64,000 bases of DNA. Origin: Lama guanicoe (Eukaryota). Position numbers and translations under genes: made by a program. The notes beneath the pieces were generated by a model. The model saw only the letters and a program-made list of their open reading frames with translations. It was not told the origin of the DNA and searched no databases. The DNA lies in NCBI GenBank assembly GCA_013239625.1, contig MU053487.1, positions 3,369,058 to 3,433,057 of the forward strand. The letters are read 5' to 3'. Below are positions 1 to 11,334 of the stretch, piece after piece (position 1 is the first letter of the stretch; each line of letters opens with the position of its first letter).

Positions 1-113
1 GATCATCTTCGGTTTCGGGACAGCCTTTGTCAGCAACTTTCACCAGTACCTGTTCTTTCGCTTCGGCGTGTCCCAGGCTGTGATAGGCTATGTCATCAGC
101 AGCGTGTCTTTAG
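1..113 (+). CDS. SLC22A14: SLC22A14 internal coding exon (5'-truncated by window edge)
   Basis: Frame from nt 2 reads IIFGFGTAFVSNFHQYLFFRFGVSQAVIGYVISSVSL, an SLC22 TM segment; donor G|GTGAGG at 114. Confidence 0.92.
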
Positions 114-1063
114 GTGAGGCGGGCGCTGGGGTGGGACACTGGGGGCAGGGGCACTGGTGGCAGGCGCGCACCTACCCAGAGCCCGCAGGACAGATGGCGT
201 TGTGGCCCAACCGGGCAGCCAGTGGAGGTCTCGAGATGCCGGAGAATCTGTGCCCACACTGCCCTTGCACCTTCTTCCCCCTGGTACTCCGTACACCCGC
301 CTCGATACCCCTTTCTACCCCCCACGTGGCTTACACCTACTGAGCCCTCAAGAAGGGCCAGGCAGCTGCTAAACCCTCTATAGTATTGTCTCCTTTCATG
401 CTGACAACTCTCTATTCAGTAGACACTACTGTATTATTCCTTTAGCTGAGGGGGATACTTGAGCCTCAGAAAGTTAACCAACTTGATCACGGTCACACAG
501 CGATTAAGTGAAAGACCTGTATGAGGCAAAAGCCCCCAGTGCCCATACATTTATTCAGCCTCACAGCTGCCATCACCTGGTGTGGAACCCTGCCCCCGGT
601 TCTCATCGGGTGCTTTCCAGAGCCCAGCCAGAGGGAACTGGGTTCTCCACAGAGCCCTAGGTCTAGGCGACCAAAGCGCTGATGTACAAAGAGCAATGAC
701 AAGGACAGAGATGCCTTGCCTTGCTGTCTGTCGGGCCATGTGTAAGGTACTGTGCCCAGGACAGGCCTTTTCAGTGAGAGGCTGGATGTGTTCAGAGGGA
801 GCAGTCAGGCTGAGGACGGACTGGAGGCTCTCTGTGTGGTTGGGAGCTCAAGCAAGGGGCCTACAGTGTGCCCTGTGGAGCACAGAGGCATTCTGCCTGA
901 GTCTGAAGGTCTGTCTCTGGACCCAGATCCTGAGCAGGCAGAAGAACTTCTGCCCAGTCTGAACCGTCCCGATCAGGGCTGGGGCATCTCAGAAGGCTGG
1001 GAGCAGGGGCAGCCCTGGAGATCCTTAGCTGATTATGATTTTGTCCTCTCTGCCTCTGCACAG

Positions 1064-1232
1064 CCACTGAGTGGCTAGTGGGCGTGCACCGGGCCCACGC
1101 CATCATCCTGGAACAGAGCTTCTTCGCTGTGGGGGCCATGTTCCTGACGGGCCTTGCCCACAGCCTTCCCCACTGGCGGCTGCTGTATCTGGTGGGCGGG
1201 GCACCTGTGTTCTTCCTCATCTCCTATATCTG
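1064..1232 (+). CDS. SLC22A14: SLC22A14 coding exon
   Basis: Pyrimidine tract and CAG acceptor; (A)TEWLVGVHRAHAIILEQSFFAVGAMFLTGLAHSLPHWRLLYLVGGAPVFFLISYI(W); donor GTGAG; 169 nt, phases compatible. Confidence 0.95.
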
Positions 1233-2220
1233 GTGAGCAGATGAGTATGGGTCATACACAGGGATGGGCCTCATAGGATGGAGACTGAGGGATGTGGAGG
1301 GTCCTCGAAGGGGTGGAGTGGGTGGGATTCTCCCTAGGAGAAAGTGTATGGGATGAGAGGAAAGATTTATGGGCAGAGTCTCTGGAACCCCAGCACTAAC
1401 CCCCCTCGGAGGAGATCCTCAAAGAAATGTCAGAGAGGTGGTCAGAAAACCAGAAGGAAAAATGCTAAAAGGCAGGAGTTCAAGGACAAGGGAATGATCA
1501 AGGTTGAAAGCATGAAAGGTGAGGCAGGGGAAGCGTCTGTTGGCTTTAGTGACCTTGAGGTGGCTTCAGTGGAGTGGCTGGAAGTTGAGGAGGAGCTGAA
1601 AAGACAGAGCCATCCAGGAGATGACACCTTCCCAGTGTTGGGCTCAAGCAGGCAAGGGGACAGTGGGGACATCTGTGGGTAGCTAAGACAGAGTCAGGGA
1701 AGGGTAGCTGATGTTTGTAATTGTAGGGGAATCACAGACCTGAAAGATTGAAGCTATGAAGTGACAACCGATGGAGCAAAACTTGGAGGAGTCAGGAGGA
1801 GGGACTGGGAACAAGAGCTAGATGGCAGTGCCTACTGTGGGCAGGTGGCAAAGGGAGAGGAGCAGAAGAGAAGGCAGACAGGGAGGTGAGAGGGAGAAAG
1901 CTGAGATCACCTTGTTAAGGGTTAGGCAGTTCTAACCTCATGGGTGAAGAAATGATCATATGGAATCTTGACATGATCACACTTATCTTTACAAGCTTAA
2001 AAGGTAGACGTGAATCTCATGTCTTGAGGGGCTAGAGGGAGGGGTGGGAGGAGAGACTTCAGAGGGTCAGAATAACTTGCCCAAGGTCACACAGCTAAAA
2101 AGTGGGGGGCCTGGGATTCGACTCAGCCTGTCTGGCTCCAAAGCCCTTGCATTTTAACCACTGCACCATACATAATATGGACTGTTAAGTGGTGGGGTTA
2201 GCAGTTAAAAGTGAAGACAC

Positions 2221-2326
2221 AGGGAGAGTGTAGAGCTCCGTGGTAGAGTGCCTGCGCAAGGTCCTGGATTCAATCCCCAGTACCTCCATTAAGTAATAAA
2301 TAAATAATCCTAATTACCCTCCCCAA
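2221..2326 (+). mobile_element. tRNA-Ala-derived SINE (Vic-1-like), degenerate
   Basis: GTGGTAGAG...GGTCCTGGATTCAATCCCCAGTACCTCCA head, AATAAA-rich tail and TAATTACCCTCCCC. Confidence 0.8.
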
Positions 2327-3879
2327 TTGTTTTTTAAATGAGGGCACATAGGTGGCTTTGGAGACCTTCCAAATTGTGCAGAAGCTGGAGACCAGCTTTG
2401 ATCGTCGTCAAGATACCCCTAGTGAGTGTGGGGACCCAGCTAATGCCAGGTGGCATGGCTCTGTCTTGTAACGTGGAAAGAGGGTTTTGTGGCTTGACTT
2501 TGAAACATTTTTTAAAATGTTATTGATGCAATAGATGCATATGGTTAAAAGTTAAGTAGTACTGAAAGATTTGCGATGAAAAATAAGTCAACAATTTCAG
2601 TTCCCCTCAGCCATCAGATCCTTCTGCCAGAGGCCATCCTGCTCAACTCTGTTAGCTCTTTCTTCCGGTGGCTGTCTACAAAATTCTATACACTACGAGC
2701 AGACAGGTTGTTGAACATTTGCTTTCAGCCGCTACCTTCAGATATGTCCTGTCAGCTGTTCCTTCCCTGACACGTGACAATATCTTGGGCCAGTTCCATC
2801 TCTTTCTGGCCATTCTTGGTTGTGAGAAGAAGCCTCATTTTGATAATTAAGATTCACTTGCAGTCATTAAAAAATCCAGTCCTGTCCAGTTTCAAACTTG
2901 ATCTTCTGTCCAGTTCACAGCTTCTCCATGGTGGCTAGCTAGCTCAGCCTAGTGGCCAGAGAGCTTGAAGTCTGTTCTGACCTTTGCTCTTCCTCTGTCT
3001 TCCTGCTCTGATCTTCCAGGTTCTAAGCATCAGAGAAAAGAGACAAAAGATGTGGTATCGATGGTCAGCATCTTCTGCCGGGCAGATGTTTGAATGCCTC
3101 GGGAGCCCATCTGTGGGTCTTTGGCATGTTGGCATTTCTGAATGCTCCAGGCACTGTCTCTGTGACCTCCCCTGGCTCTTGTCCCTAGCAGTTCACCCCA
3201 CAGCCTTTTTCTGCAGAGGTCTTCTCACCCTAGCACATGGGGTGCCTTCAAGACATCAGGGTCCACTTGGCTAAATCTCATTGACCTCCCACCTGCCCAG
3301 GCTACTGCTAGGTGGCTCCCACCAACCTCCTGCCTGACCATGCCCAGGTGAGAGAGAGGGGCCCCAGTCTCTGGGTTTGTGTAAGTTCTCCAACTTCAGG
3401 AGACACATAGGAACTCTCCCAGAAACTCTTCTGTCTGGAGTACCAGGGCAGGCCCAGGGCTTTCTGAGTCAGCCAGCTCCAGCAGGGAAAGGAAAGATAA
3501 GCTCCCGTTCTTGGAGACAGTTCCCTTCACCAGGCTTGAGTAGATGAGCAACATGGGGAGGGGATGAGATTCAAGACCCCTCCACTTTCATAAACAGGAA
3601 ATTTCCAGTCTTTTCTAAGTGGCTGGGGAAGTGGCTGCTGGGCTGTTTCGCATTTTTTTTAGTAAGTCCTGTCCTGAATGTGGTAACGTCTCTCTTAAGA
3701 ATGTGAGGTTCCCAGCCATTCTTACCAGCTTTAGGAATTTAGCTGAAATTCCAGGACAAAAAATTTTATATAACATTGGAGCTTGTTTTATGAAGATAAA
3801 ACTGCAAAATATTCTCAAATGTTTCTGAGGCTACAAGTTAAAAGTTTTCTTTTTTCTTTTTTAAATTTTTAAAAAACTT

Positions 3880-4027
3880 TCTTTTTTTGTTTTTGTTTTT
3901 TGGTGGGGGGAGGTAATTAGGTTTATTTATTAATTATTATCATTTTTTAAAAAAAGAGGTACTGGGGATTGAAACCAGTACTTTGTGCAGGCTGAGCATG
4001 TGCTCGACCGCTGAGTTATACCCACCC
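3880..4027 (-). mobile_element. tRNA-Ala-derived SINE
   Basis: Reverse complement of the same head and tail. Confidence 0.8.
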
Positions 4028-4262
4028 ACTAAAATTTTCTTTTTTTTTCTTCCTTTTTCCTTTCCTGTTCCCTATACTGTCTGTGTCCTTTGGGGTCCAT
4101 TTTTTGGAGGGCTTCATTATTTTGGACTCTTTCATTTGGGAGGTTTTCTTTAATATCTGGTGATCTTGGATCATTCCTTTATATTTAAAGAGCAAGTCAC
4201 TAAGAAGCTAATGGGGGAAACTGTGAGCAGGAGCTGGTTGTCTGACTGGTAATCCTTTAGGA

Positions 4263-4450
4263 CAATGGATCACAAATTGACTGGAGCATCGGAATCACCC
4301 GAGGACTTGTTAAAACATTGAGAATGGAGCCGTGCTCCCAGAGTTTCTTGCTCAGCAGGATGGGTGTGGGGCCCAAGGATCTGCATTTCCAGCAAGTTCC
4401 CAGGAGATGCTGATGTGGCTGGTCCGCTGACCACACTTTGAGAACCACTG
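4263..4450. mobile_element. MER5A-like hAT-Charlie MITE
   Basis: GAATCACC...CTTGTTAAAACA...ATCTGCATTT...CACACTTTGAGAACCACTG hallmark segments. Confidence 0.8.
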
Positions 4451-5885
4451 TTCACTACTGGGTGAATAGGTGGCAGGTGACTTTTCCCTGAGGGGGATTC
4501 ATAAGGCCAGGGAGATGCCTGGCCCAGGCTGTTGTGCTCCCCTCGGGGCTGAGGGCTGGACTTTTGTAGCATGATGGGACTTGCCCTCAGTTCTTCTCCT
4601 GACCCTCAACCTTGCTCCCACTATTGACGCATCTCTTTTTCCTCAGCCTCCTCTCTGCTCGGGGCAAGCTACCCGCATCTGAGGACGGGGATATCCGGGG
4701 TCTTCTGGACCCGGGAGGACAGTCCTCCTCTGTGGCAGGGGCTTTGCTTGCCCACCCAGTCAGCCCACTTCTTCCACTCCCAGGCTTCATGCACTTGTTA
4801 TATCTTTCTTCCACTCCCTCCCCCTGTGTACTCTCTCCCACTCTTTTTGTCCTTGAGAATTGGTATCTTATTTCATTCCTTTTTAGATGGGCATGTGGTC
4901 AATCTCCCAACTTTTTTGAAGAAGTCCCAGTTAGCTGACCTTCTTGAGGACAGTTTCTCTAGCTTTAGAGTGGAGAAGGATCCCAGGATGACTGGTTGCT
5001 GGCCCCTGGGGGGAAGGGGCAGGAGCAGGGACAGGTAGAGGGAATGACGTCATCTCTGGAGTCCTGGGCACGTGTTTACCATGACCAGCCAGAGTTCTGG
5101 CTGGTGCGAGAGGGGGAGGGTTGCAAGAATTCAGGAGGGGCTGATGGTGTAGTTTTGTCAAGAGTGCTTAGCAGGGGACTGAGGTTCATACCAGCTCTGC
5201 CTCTGTGACCTTGGGCAAGCCCTCAATCCCCGAGACTGAGAATAAAATGGGAATAATCATCCTGGGTCCAGGCTTGGGCCAGACTGAACAACCTGACGTA
5301 GCTAAGGGCACTGAAGACGCGCTTTAAGTGCTAATCTGTGTGGATCTGACGGCCTGGGAGCCTTGGGAAGAACTGAGGGCCTGAGGTTACTCTGAGCTCA
5401 CAGGCAATGGGAGCTGTAGGGGGAGGGGTGGGACTGAGTGGAGACCTCTGTTCAGCCAGGCAGAGGCTGGGCCCTGGGGTCAGGCCTGGGTCCTGCCTCC
5501 TAGACTTTCCAGGCTTTTAAGAGACAGAAGAAACAGGAGAATCCTCAACTCTGAGAATAAGGCTTTAATAGAGGGTGTAGGCATGGAAGACAGTGCCCCC
5601 CAAGACAGAAAACAGCTCCTAGAGGTGGCTGAGACGGGAGGAAGCTGTGATGCAGAGCAGCGAGTGGCCAGGGTGTCACTGGGCAGCAGCAGGTACTGTG
5701 CGTGACTTGGGCAGGGGAAGGGCTGACTGCCGGGGGCAGGGAGGCAGGGAGCAGAGGTTCAAGGCCTCCAACATTTGAGTCACCTCATGCTAGAGCAGGA
5801 TGGCCACAGCTGAGACTGGGATGGGCTCAGCCTTGGTCTGTAGGGCATCTTGGAGTGATGGATAAGAGAGGGGCGGGCCCTGCAG

Positions 5886-6006
5886 GATTCTCCCAGAGTC
5901 TCCCCGGTGGCTGATGATGAAAGGGAAGCTGAATGAGGCCAAGCAGGTGCTGTGCTACGCAGCTGATGTGAACAAGAAGACCATCCCTTTGAACCTACTA
6001 GATAAG
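5886..6006 (+). CDS. SLC22A14: SLC22A14 coding exon (PESPRWL motif)
   Basis: ILPESPRWLMMKGKLNEAKQVLCYAADVNKKTIPLNLLDK contains the MFS/SLC22 PESPRWL signature; donor GTAAG. Confidence 0.95.
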
Positions 6007-6275
6007 GTAAGAGGACTCAGGCCTGGAATGGGGCCAGGGCAGGGGCTGTGCAAGGGCCTCTTCTCCCTCATCCTTTCAGGTAGGACTGCGGCCTAGAGGG
6101 GTATCCCCAGCCCACTGCTTGAGGAGAATGGTGACAGCAAAATCCAGCCCTGCCAGGGCAAGGCCAGAGTCCAGGCTGGCCCTGTGGCGGGCTGGTGTGC
6201 CTTGTGGGTCCTGTGAGGGTAGGGAGCAAGCTGGGGTCTTGGCCCTGCCTCTGGCTGGTCCTGCTTGTCCCATAG

Positions 6276-6370
6276 CTCCAGCTGCCTAGAAAGGTGACTA
6301 GCTCCTCTATCCTGGACTTCCGTAACGACAGGCACCTCCGCAAGGTGACCTCGGTGATGTGCAGCGTGGG
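6276..6370 (+). CDS. SLC22A14: SLC22A14 coding exon
   Basis: CATAG acceptor; LQLPRKVTSSSILDFRNDRHLRKVTSVMCSV(G); donor GTGAGT. Confidence 0.9.
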
Positions 6371-6640
6371 GTGAGTACCCAGGGCTGGCGGCGGGGACTG
6401 CCCCGGGCGTGCATGCCAGGAGTCTAGGAAGCGATGGGCGCCAGCAGGCTGCAAGGGGATCCAGGCCGGAGGACCTTGGCATGGCCTGCAGATCCAGATC
6501 TCTGGGCTTACTCCTCTCCTCCATTGCCGCCCTGCCGCGCTCTCCTCTGCCTCAGTCTCTGTCCCTGGCCCCGGCTGGGCTGTCCGTGTGGGGCAAGGGT
6601 GTCTTCCTCTCTGAGTGGCTCTCTCCTGGCTTCATTCCAG

Positions 6641-6855
6641 GTTTGCTGTCGGTTACAACTGTCATACATTGAGCTTCAGGATCAGGGAGTTGGGTGTGAA
6701 CATCTACTTCACCCAAGTGATTCCCAGACTCATGGAGTTGCCTGCCCGGCTGTGCTGCATCTTTCTCCTCGAGCAGTTCAAGAGGAAGCGGAGCCTGTCC
6801 TTGACTCTCTTCCAGAGCACCCTCATGTGCTTCCTTAGCCTTATCCTCCCCTCAG
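6641..6855 (+). CDS. SLC22A14: SLC22A14 coding exon
   Basis: TTCCAG acceptor; FAVGYNCHTLSFRIRELGVNIYFTQVIPRLMELPARLCCIFLLEQFKRKRSLSLTLFQSTLMCFLSLILPS; donor GTACAG. Confidence 0.93.
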
Positions 6856-8556
6856 GTACAGCCCCCCACCCCGCCCTGCTCCCCCACAGTAACCCCCAGC
6901 CTCCAGGCTTCCTCAAAGCCCCTCCCGCATGCCTCCTACCCTGTCCAACCAACAAAACACGCTGGGAGTCAGCCTCATGCATCCACAGCCCACGGCCCTA
7001 CAGAGCACTGCCCTCTCCAGGACGGTGGGCAGGACAGGGCGCTGGCAGCTCCTGGGGGCCTGGGAGGGGAGGATGTGCTGTCCCAAGGAATCGTCCTTGT
7101 GCAGGAGAGTGGGCAGCCTTCTTCTGCCTGGTTCCAATCCACGTCAGAGCTGATAATTAAATGTGAACAGATGCAGCAAAAGTAGTCCTTCAACTGCTAC
7201 CCCAGTAGTCCTTCATCTGTAGCCTCACCAGGGAAAAAAAATCACCTGCCCACTGAAGACTGAGTGTAACACTGGGCTAAACTCTCAGGAACAATTCTTG
7301 CATGGAGGCCATTCCTTCCCAGGAGCACAGTGCCCTGCACCCTGTCAGCTCCAAATTAGGGAAGGGAATGGAAGAATGGGGGCCGGTGGTGGTAATATTT
7401 TCAAAATTTCAAAGAACCCTAGGACAATTAACATGCCCCAGGTCGCAAGGCTAGAAGGCAGGGCTGAGGATGTCAGTGTTCATTCATCCAGTCAGAATTG
7501 CAGACCATGAGAGCCCCCTCAGCTGCTGGGGCTGCAGTGGGTGAGGCTACACCCAGGATCTGCCACACAGGCTCCCTCACTGTCCCTGGGGGCTGGAAGT
7601 TTGTATGTCTTGACCTGGACACTTCCTCTCCCAGGCATTGGCAGTGCTGACTGGCTAAAACAAAGCCATTATTAAATTTCTATTGTTTGGTAGTTTTTTT
7701 TTTTAATGGGCCTATAATGAGTCAAGCAGAAATGTTTGAAACTCTCAAATGTGTGAGAGAAACGAGGAATAGAATCCCTGATTAGATCAAATTAGATCTC
7801 CGATTTCTCCCAGAGCCAAATGAAGCCAGACCCAGAGCAGGGAGGCAGGAACGGGGCCAGGGCTGGTCCAGCAGAGGCAGACAGGAGAGGAATGGAAGCT
7901 CCTGACTCCCAGTCAGTGAGCAGGGGGTCCGGCTCCCAGCTTCCCCATCCCCTTGCCTGAGGAGTCGAGTTTCCCAGGCTCTCTTCTTCCTCCAGTGTAC
8001 GCATCTGGCTCCCAAAAGTTGAGCATCCTGGAATGTCTAGCTATTCAGGCTCCAGTGACTCATCGCCCCCTTGCCCCTGTCCACCTTGCAGAGGACAAAG
8101 GGGAAGGTGGGAGAGCCCTGAGCAGGCAGCCCAGCACACAAGGCACAGGCCTGGGGCTGAGTGGGTGCCCCAGGAGGAGCAGGCGGTGGGGTGGGGGAAG
8201 CTGCGTCTCCGTGAACATGGGGAAGACAGAAGAGAGCCTGGAGGCAGAGATGTGGGAGCTGAGTCCAACACAGTAGATGGTGGCCTGAAAGGCCATGGGG
8301 GTCCTAGTAGACCTCCCACCCCGCTGACCAACTTCCCCACTGCAGATGTACTAACTCCTGGCCTGGCTAGGCCTCTAGCAGACTGACCCTCCTCTGACCG
8401 AATGCCTGAGTCTGCTGACCAGCTGACCAGGTGGTGAGGCTGGACTGTTCAGATGCCTTCTGAGAGGGACCCAGGGAGGGCCAATGGGCAGGCCTCCCCC
8501 ACCTGCCCCGAGGGAGGATGGGCCCCGACTCAGGTGGCCACCTTGTCTGGCCACAG

Positions 8557-8665
8557 AGTTGAAATTCCTCTCGGTCTTGATAATCGTGCTTGGAGGGTTC
8601 ATCCTGGTCGCCTCGGTCACCGTGTTCCTCATCTACACTGCTGAGCTCCTTCCCACTGTCCTCAG
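8557..8665 (+). CDS. SLC22A14: SLC22A14 coding exon
   Basis: CCACAG acceptor gives in-frame (E)LKFLSVLIIVLGGFILVASVTVFLIYTAELLPTVL(R), the SLC22 YTAELxPT motif; donor GTAGG. Confidence 0.9.
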
Positions 8666-9266
8666 GTAGGGGGCCTGGGGGGTGATGGCCGTGGGGGCAT
8701 GGCGCGGGCGGGGCAGTATCAGGATGAAAACAGCAGCTAAGACTGGTCACTCACCTGGTGACAGGCATCCTGCCCAGCAAGTTACATAGATTACCCCATT
8801 TAACCGTCACCAAAAAGTCCCCAACACCATCTTTAACCCTATTTCAGACACGAAATCAGAGAGCTAAGGGTACTGGCTCAAGGTCAGACAAGCAGCTGGA
8901 AGAAGTGGGGCGAGGCAGCCTGACTCCAGTCTCTGACTTGCAGCTACTGCCTGAAATGTGTCTGGGCCACTCTGAGGTTCAGGCCCTTCTCCCAGGGAGC
9001 CCTTGGTGATGGCCCAGTGTCCTCCTCCCCACCCCCACCCCCACGCCCACACTGTGCTGTGTCGGTCTTACCTCCCCAACTCTTGATTCCATGAAGAAAT
9101 TACTACCTACTTTGCATCAGTGGAGAACTATATCCTCCAAGGTGGCACAGTGAGCTAGGACACGGTAAAGAGGAGGGTGTGAGGTTTTGGGGAGCTGCTT
9201 TTTTATACCCTAGTCAGCCTCTGGGCCCAAGAAACCTCCCAAATAAGATCTTACCTCCTCTTCCAG

Positions 9267-9470
9267 AACAACAGGTCTGGGGTTAGTGTTTCTGGCCTGG
9301 GCGGCTGGATACATCTTGTCCCTGATGATCAGCAGCCAGGGCATCCCCATCCTGCCCATCTTCCTCTGCTGCATCTCAAGCATCATGGCCCTAACCCTCT
9401 GTTCCAAGCTGCCAGAAACCCAAGATCACCTCCTCCCTGAAAGCCTGGAGCACTTTCTCCCACTGACGAG
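9267..9470 (+). CDS. SLC22A14: SLC22A14 coding exon
   Basis: TTCCAG acceptor; TTGLGLVFLAWAAGYILSLMISSQGIPILPIFLCCISSIMALTLCSKLPETQDHLLPESLEHFLPLT(R), with LPET motif; donor GTAGGT. Confidence 0.93.
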
Positions 9471-9679
9471 GTAGGTGTGGGAGGCTTCTGGCCTGTGGCC
9501 AGAACAGGGCCTGGTTCTCAAGCCCATGGCTGTGAGAGCATGTCAGGCACTGTCCATCCCTGCCCCTTTGCCAGAAGGGCCCGTGACACTAGGTCTGAGT
9601 CCACAGCAGTCTTGCCAACTCTCCTAGATGCTGTCACCGTCTCTGCCAGCTCCCATCCTGTGGAGATGGGGAGTGCCAT

Positions 9680-10085
9680 GCAGCAGGGTAACAGCATAGT
9701 AGTTAAGAACATGGGCTCTGGAGCCAGAGGGCCTGAATCTCTGCTAACACTTCCTAGCATGTGCCCAGAGAAATTATCTAATACCTCTGAGACTCAGTTT
9801 CTGCATTTACAAAATGGAATGGTAACACAGTAATAAAAATAGCTGGCTTGTATTGAATGTTCACCAGGGTCAGGTCCTGTTCCGTATGCATTCCTTTTCA
9901 CACTTCATCCTAACAACCGCCACATGCAAGGGAGGTCCTGTCACTATCCCCCATTTTACAGGTGAGGAAACTGAGGCAAAGACATGTAGTCTAGTGTTCC
10001 TCTCCCATAGGGTTTTTGGGAAGGTTAAACTCACATAAAGGGATTGGCACAGCGGTACAAGGTAAGTGCTCAGTTAATGCTAGTG
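9680..10085. mobile_element. MIR SINE fragments
   Basis: CTCAGTTTCTGCATTTACAAAATGG and CCCATTTTACAGGTGAGGAAACTGAGGC core motifs. Confidence 0.7.
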
Positions 10086-10331
10086 ATCAAGATGGTGGAC
10101 AGTGCCCCAAAGATGGAGAAGCATGAAAGGTCTGGCTGGAATTTGGAGATGGGACAGGCCTGATCCTGGGGGCGAGGGTCCCTCATGGGCTCATGCTGAA
10201 GCTTGGCTGGTGACCCGTGGGCGTGGGAAAGCGCCACCTCTCAGGAATGCAGAGCCAGGCAAGGCCTGAGCCACTTTTCTCAGGTTCCCAAGCCGTGCAG
10301 CTCATGGCTTTTTCTCCACTGGCTTCTTGAG

Positions 10332-10515
10332 GACCAGGAACGAGGATATGTTGAATGAGGATATATCACGTGATGACGTGACTGAGGAAGTGGCGAAGAA
10401 CACCATTCTCAACACCATGATGATGAACATGGACCGAGACGTTCTCTCCAACCTGCCTTCCCAGTCCAGAGAAGAGGAAATAGACAGAAGGACTGAGGGC
10501 CAGGCCCCTAGATGA
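10332..10515 (+). CDS. SLC22A14: SLC22A14 last coding exon (alternative start 10338)
   Basis: In-frame TRNEDMLNEDISRDDVTEEVAKNTILNTMMMNMDRDVLSNLPSQSREEEIDRRTEGQAPR*; stop TGA 10513-10515; two in-frame AG acceptors 6 nt apart. Confidence 0.82.
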
Positions 10516-10674
10516 GCTTGGGTTGGAGTTGAGTGGCTGGATGTGGGGCCATGGATCCAGGCCATGAATTCCAGGCCCAGTCCAGCTTGCGGGGCAGGGT
10601 CAGTCCTGCTCCGAGGCCAGCTGTCAAGACCCAGAAATGGCCCCTTCTCGGGGTGATAGGGTGTGACTCATTCC

Positions 10675-10680
10675 AATAAA
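10675..10680 (+). terminator. Poly(A) signal of SLC22A14
   Basis: AATAAA about 160 nt after the stop codon. Confidence 0.75.
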
Positions 10681-11044
10681 GAGGTACCATGTTGGACTTG
10701 AGATGGCTGGGTGAAAATTGGCTGGTGGCTACTATAATGCAGATAAACATTACATGCTGAATCAGACCTACTGAATTAGAAACTCGGCGGGGCTCTGCCC
10801 TCCGGGGTACTCTGATGCACACTGAAGTTTGAGATTCACTGAGTTACATTTCAGTAACAGAAAGGGAAAGGTAACACCTTTCCATCCTGGGTAAATTTTA
10901 AAATATTTCTAAATAACTCTGAGTCTAAGGAGAAATCACAACAGAAGTTAGAAACTATGTAGTGCTAAATGATAATTAAAAGATTGTGTGTCAAAACTTG
11001 TAGATTACAGCTAAAACGACCCTAAGAGGAAAACCTGGAGTCTT

Positions 11045-11201
11045 TTTTTTTTTACATTTTTTATTGATTCATAATCATTTTATAGTGTTGTGTCAAATTC
11101 CAGTGTTCAGCACAATTTTTCAGTCATTCATGGACATATACACACTCATTGTCACATTTTTTTCTCTGTGATTCATCATAACATTTTGTGTATATTTCCC
11201 T
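11045..11201 (-). mobile_element. Young 5'-truncated L1 3' end with perfect 17-bp TSD
   Basis: Poly(T) plus L1 3'UTR, flanked by GGAAAACCTGGAGTCTT at 11028-11044 and 11202-11218. Confidence 0.85.
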
Positions 11202-11248
11202 GGAAAACCTGGAGTCTTAATGCTTATGGCAAGAAAGAAGGAAATTAA

Positions 11249-11334
11249 GGGGAAAGGATAGCTCAGTGGTAGAGCACGTGCCCAGCACGCACAAGGTCCT
11301 GGTTTCAATCCTCAGTACCTTGATTTAAAAAAAA
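11249..11334 (+). mobile_element. tRNA-Ala-derived SINE
   Basis: ATAGCTCAGTGGTAGAGC...GGTCCTGGTTTCAATCCTCAGTACC plus A tail. Confidence 0.82.

Noticed and set aside
8324..8430. Five CTGACC motifs in the SLC22A14 intron
   Set aside because: Irregular spacing fits neither a nuclear-receptor element nor a clear distant branch point, since many AGs intervene.
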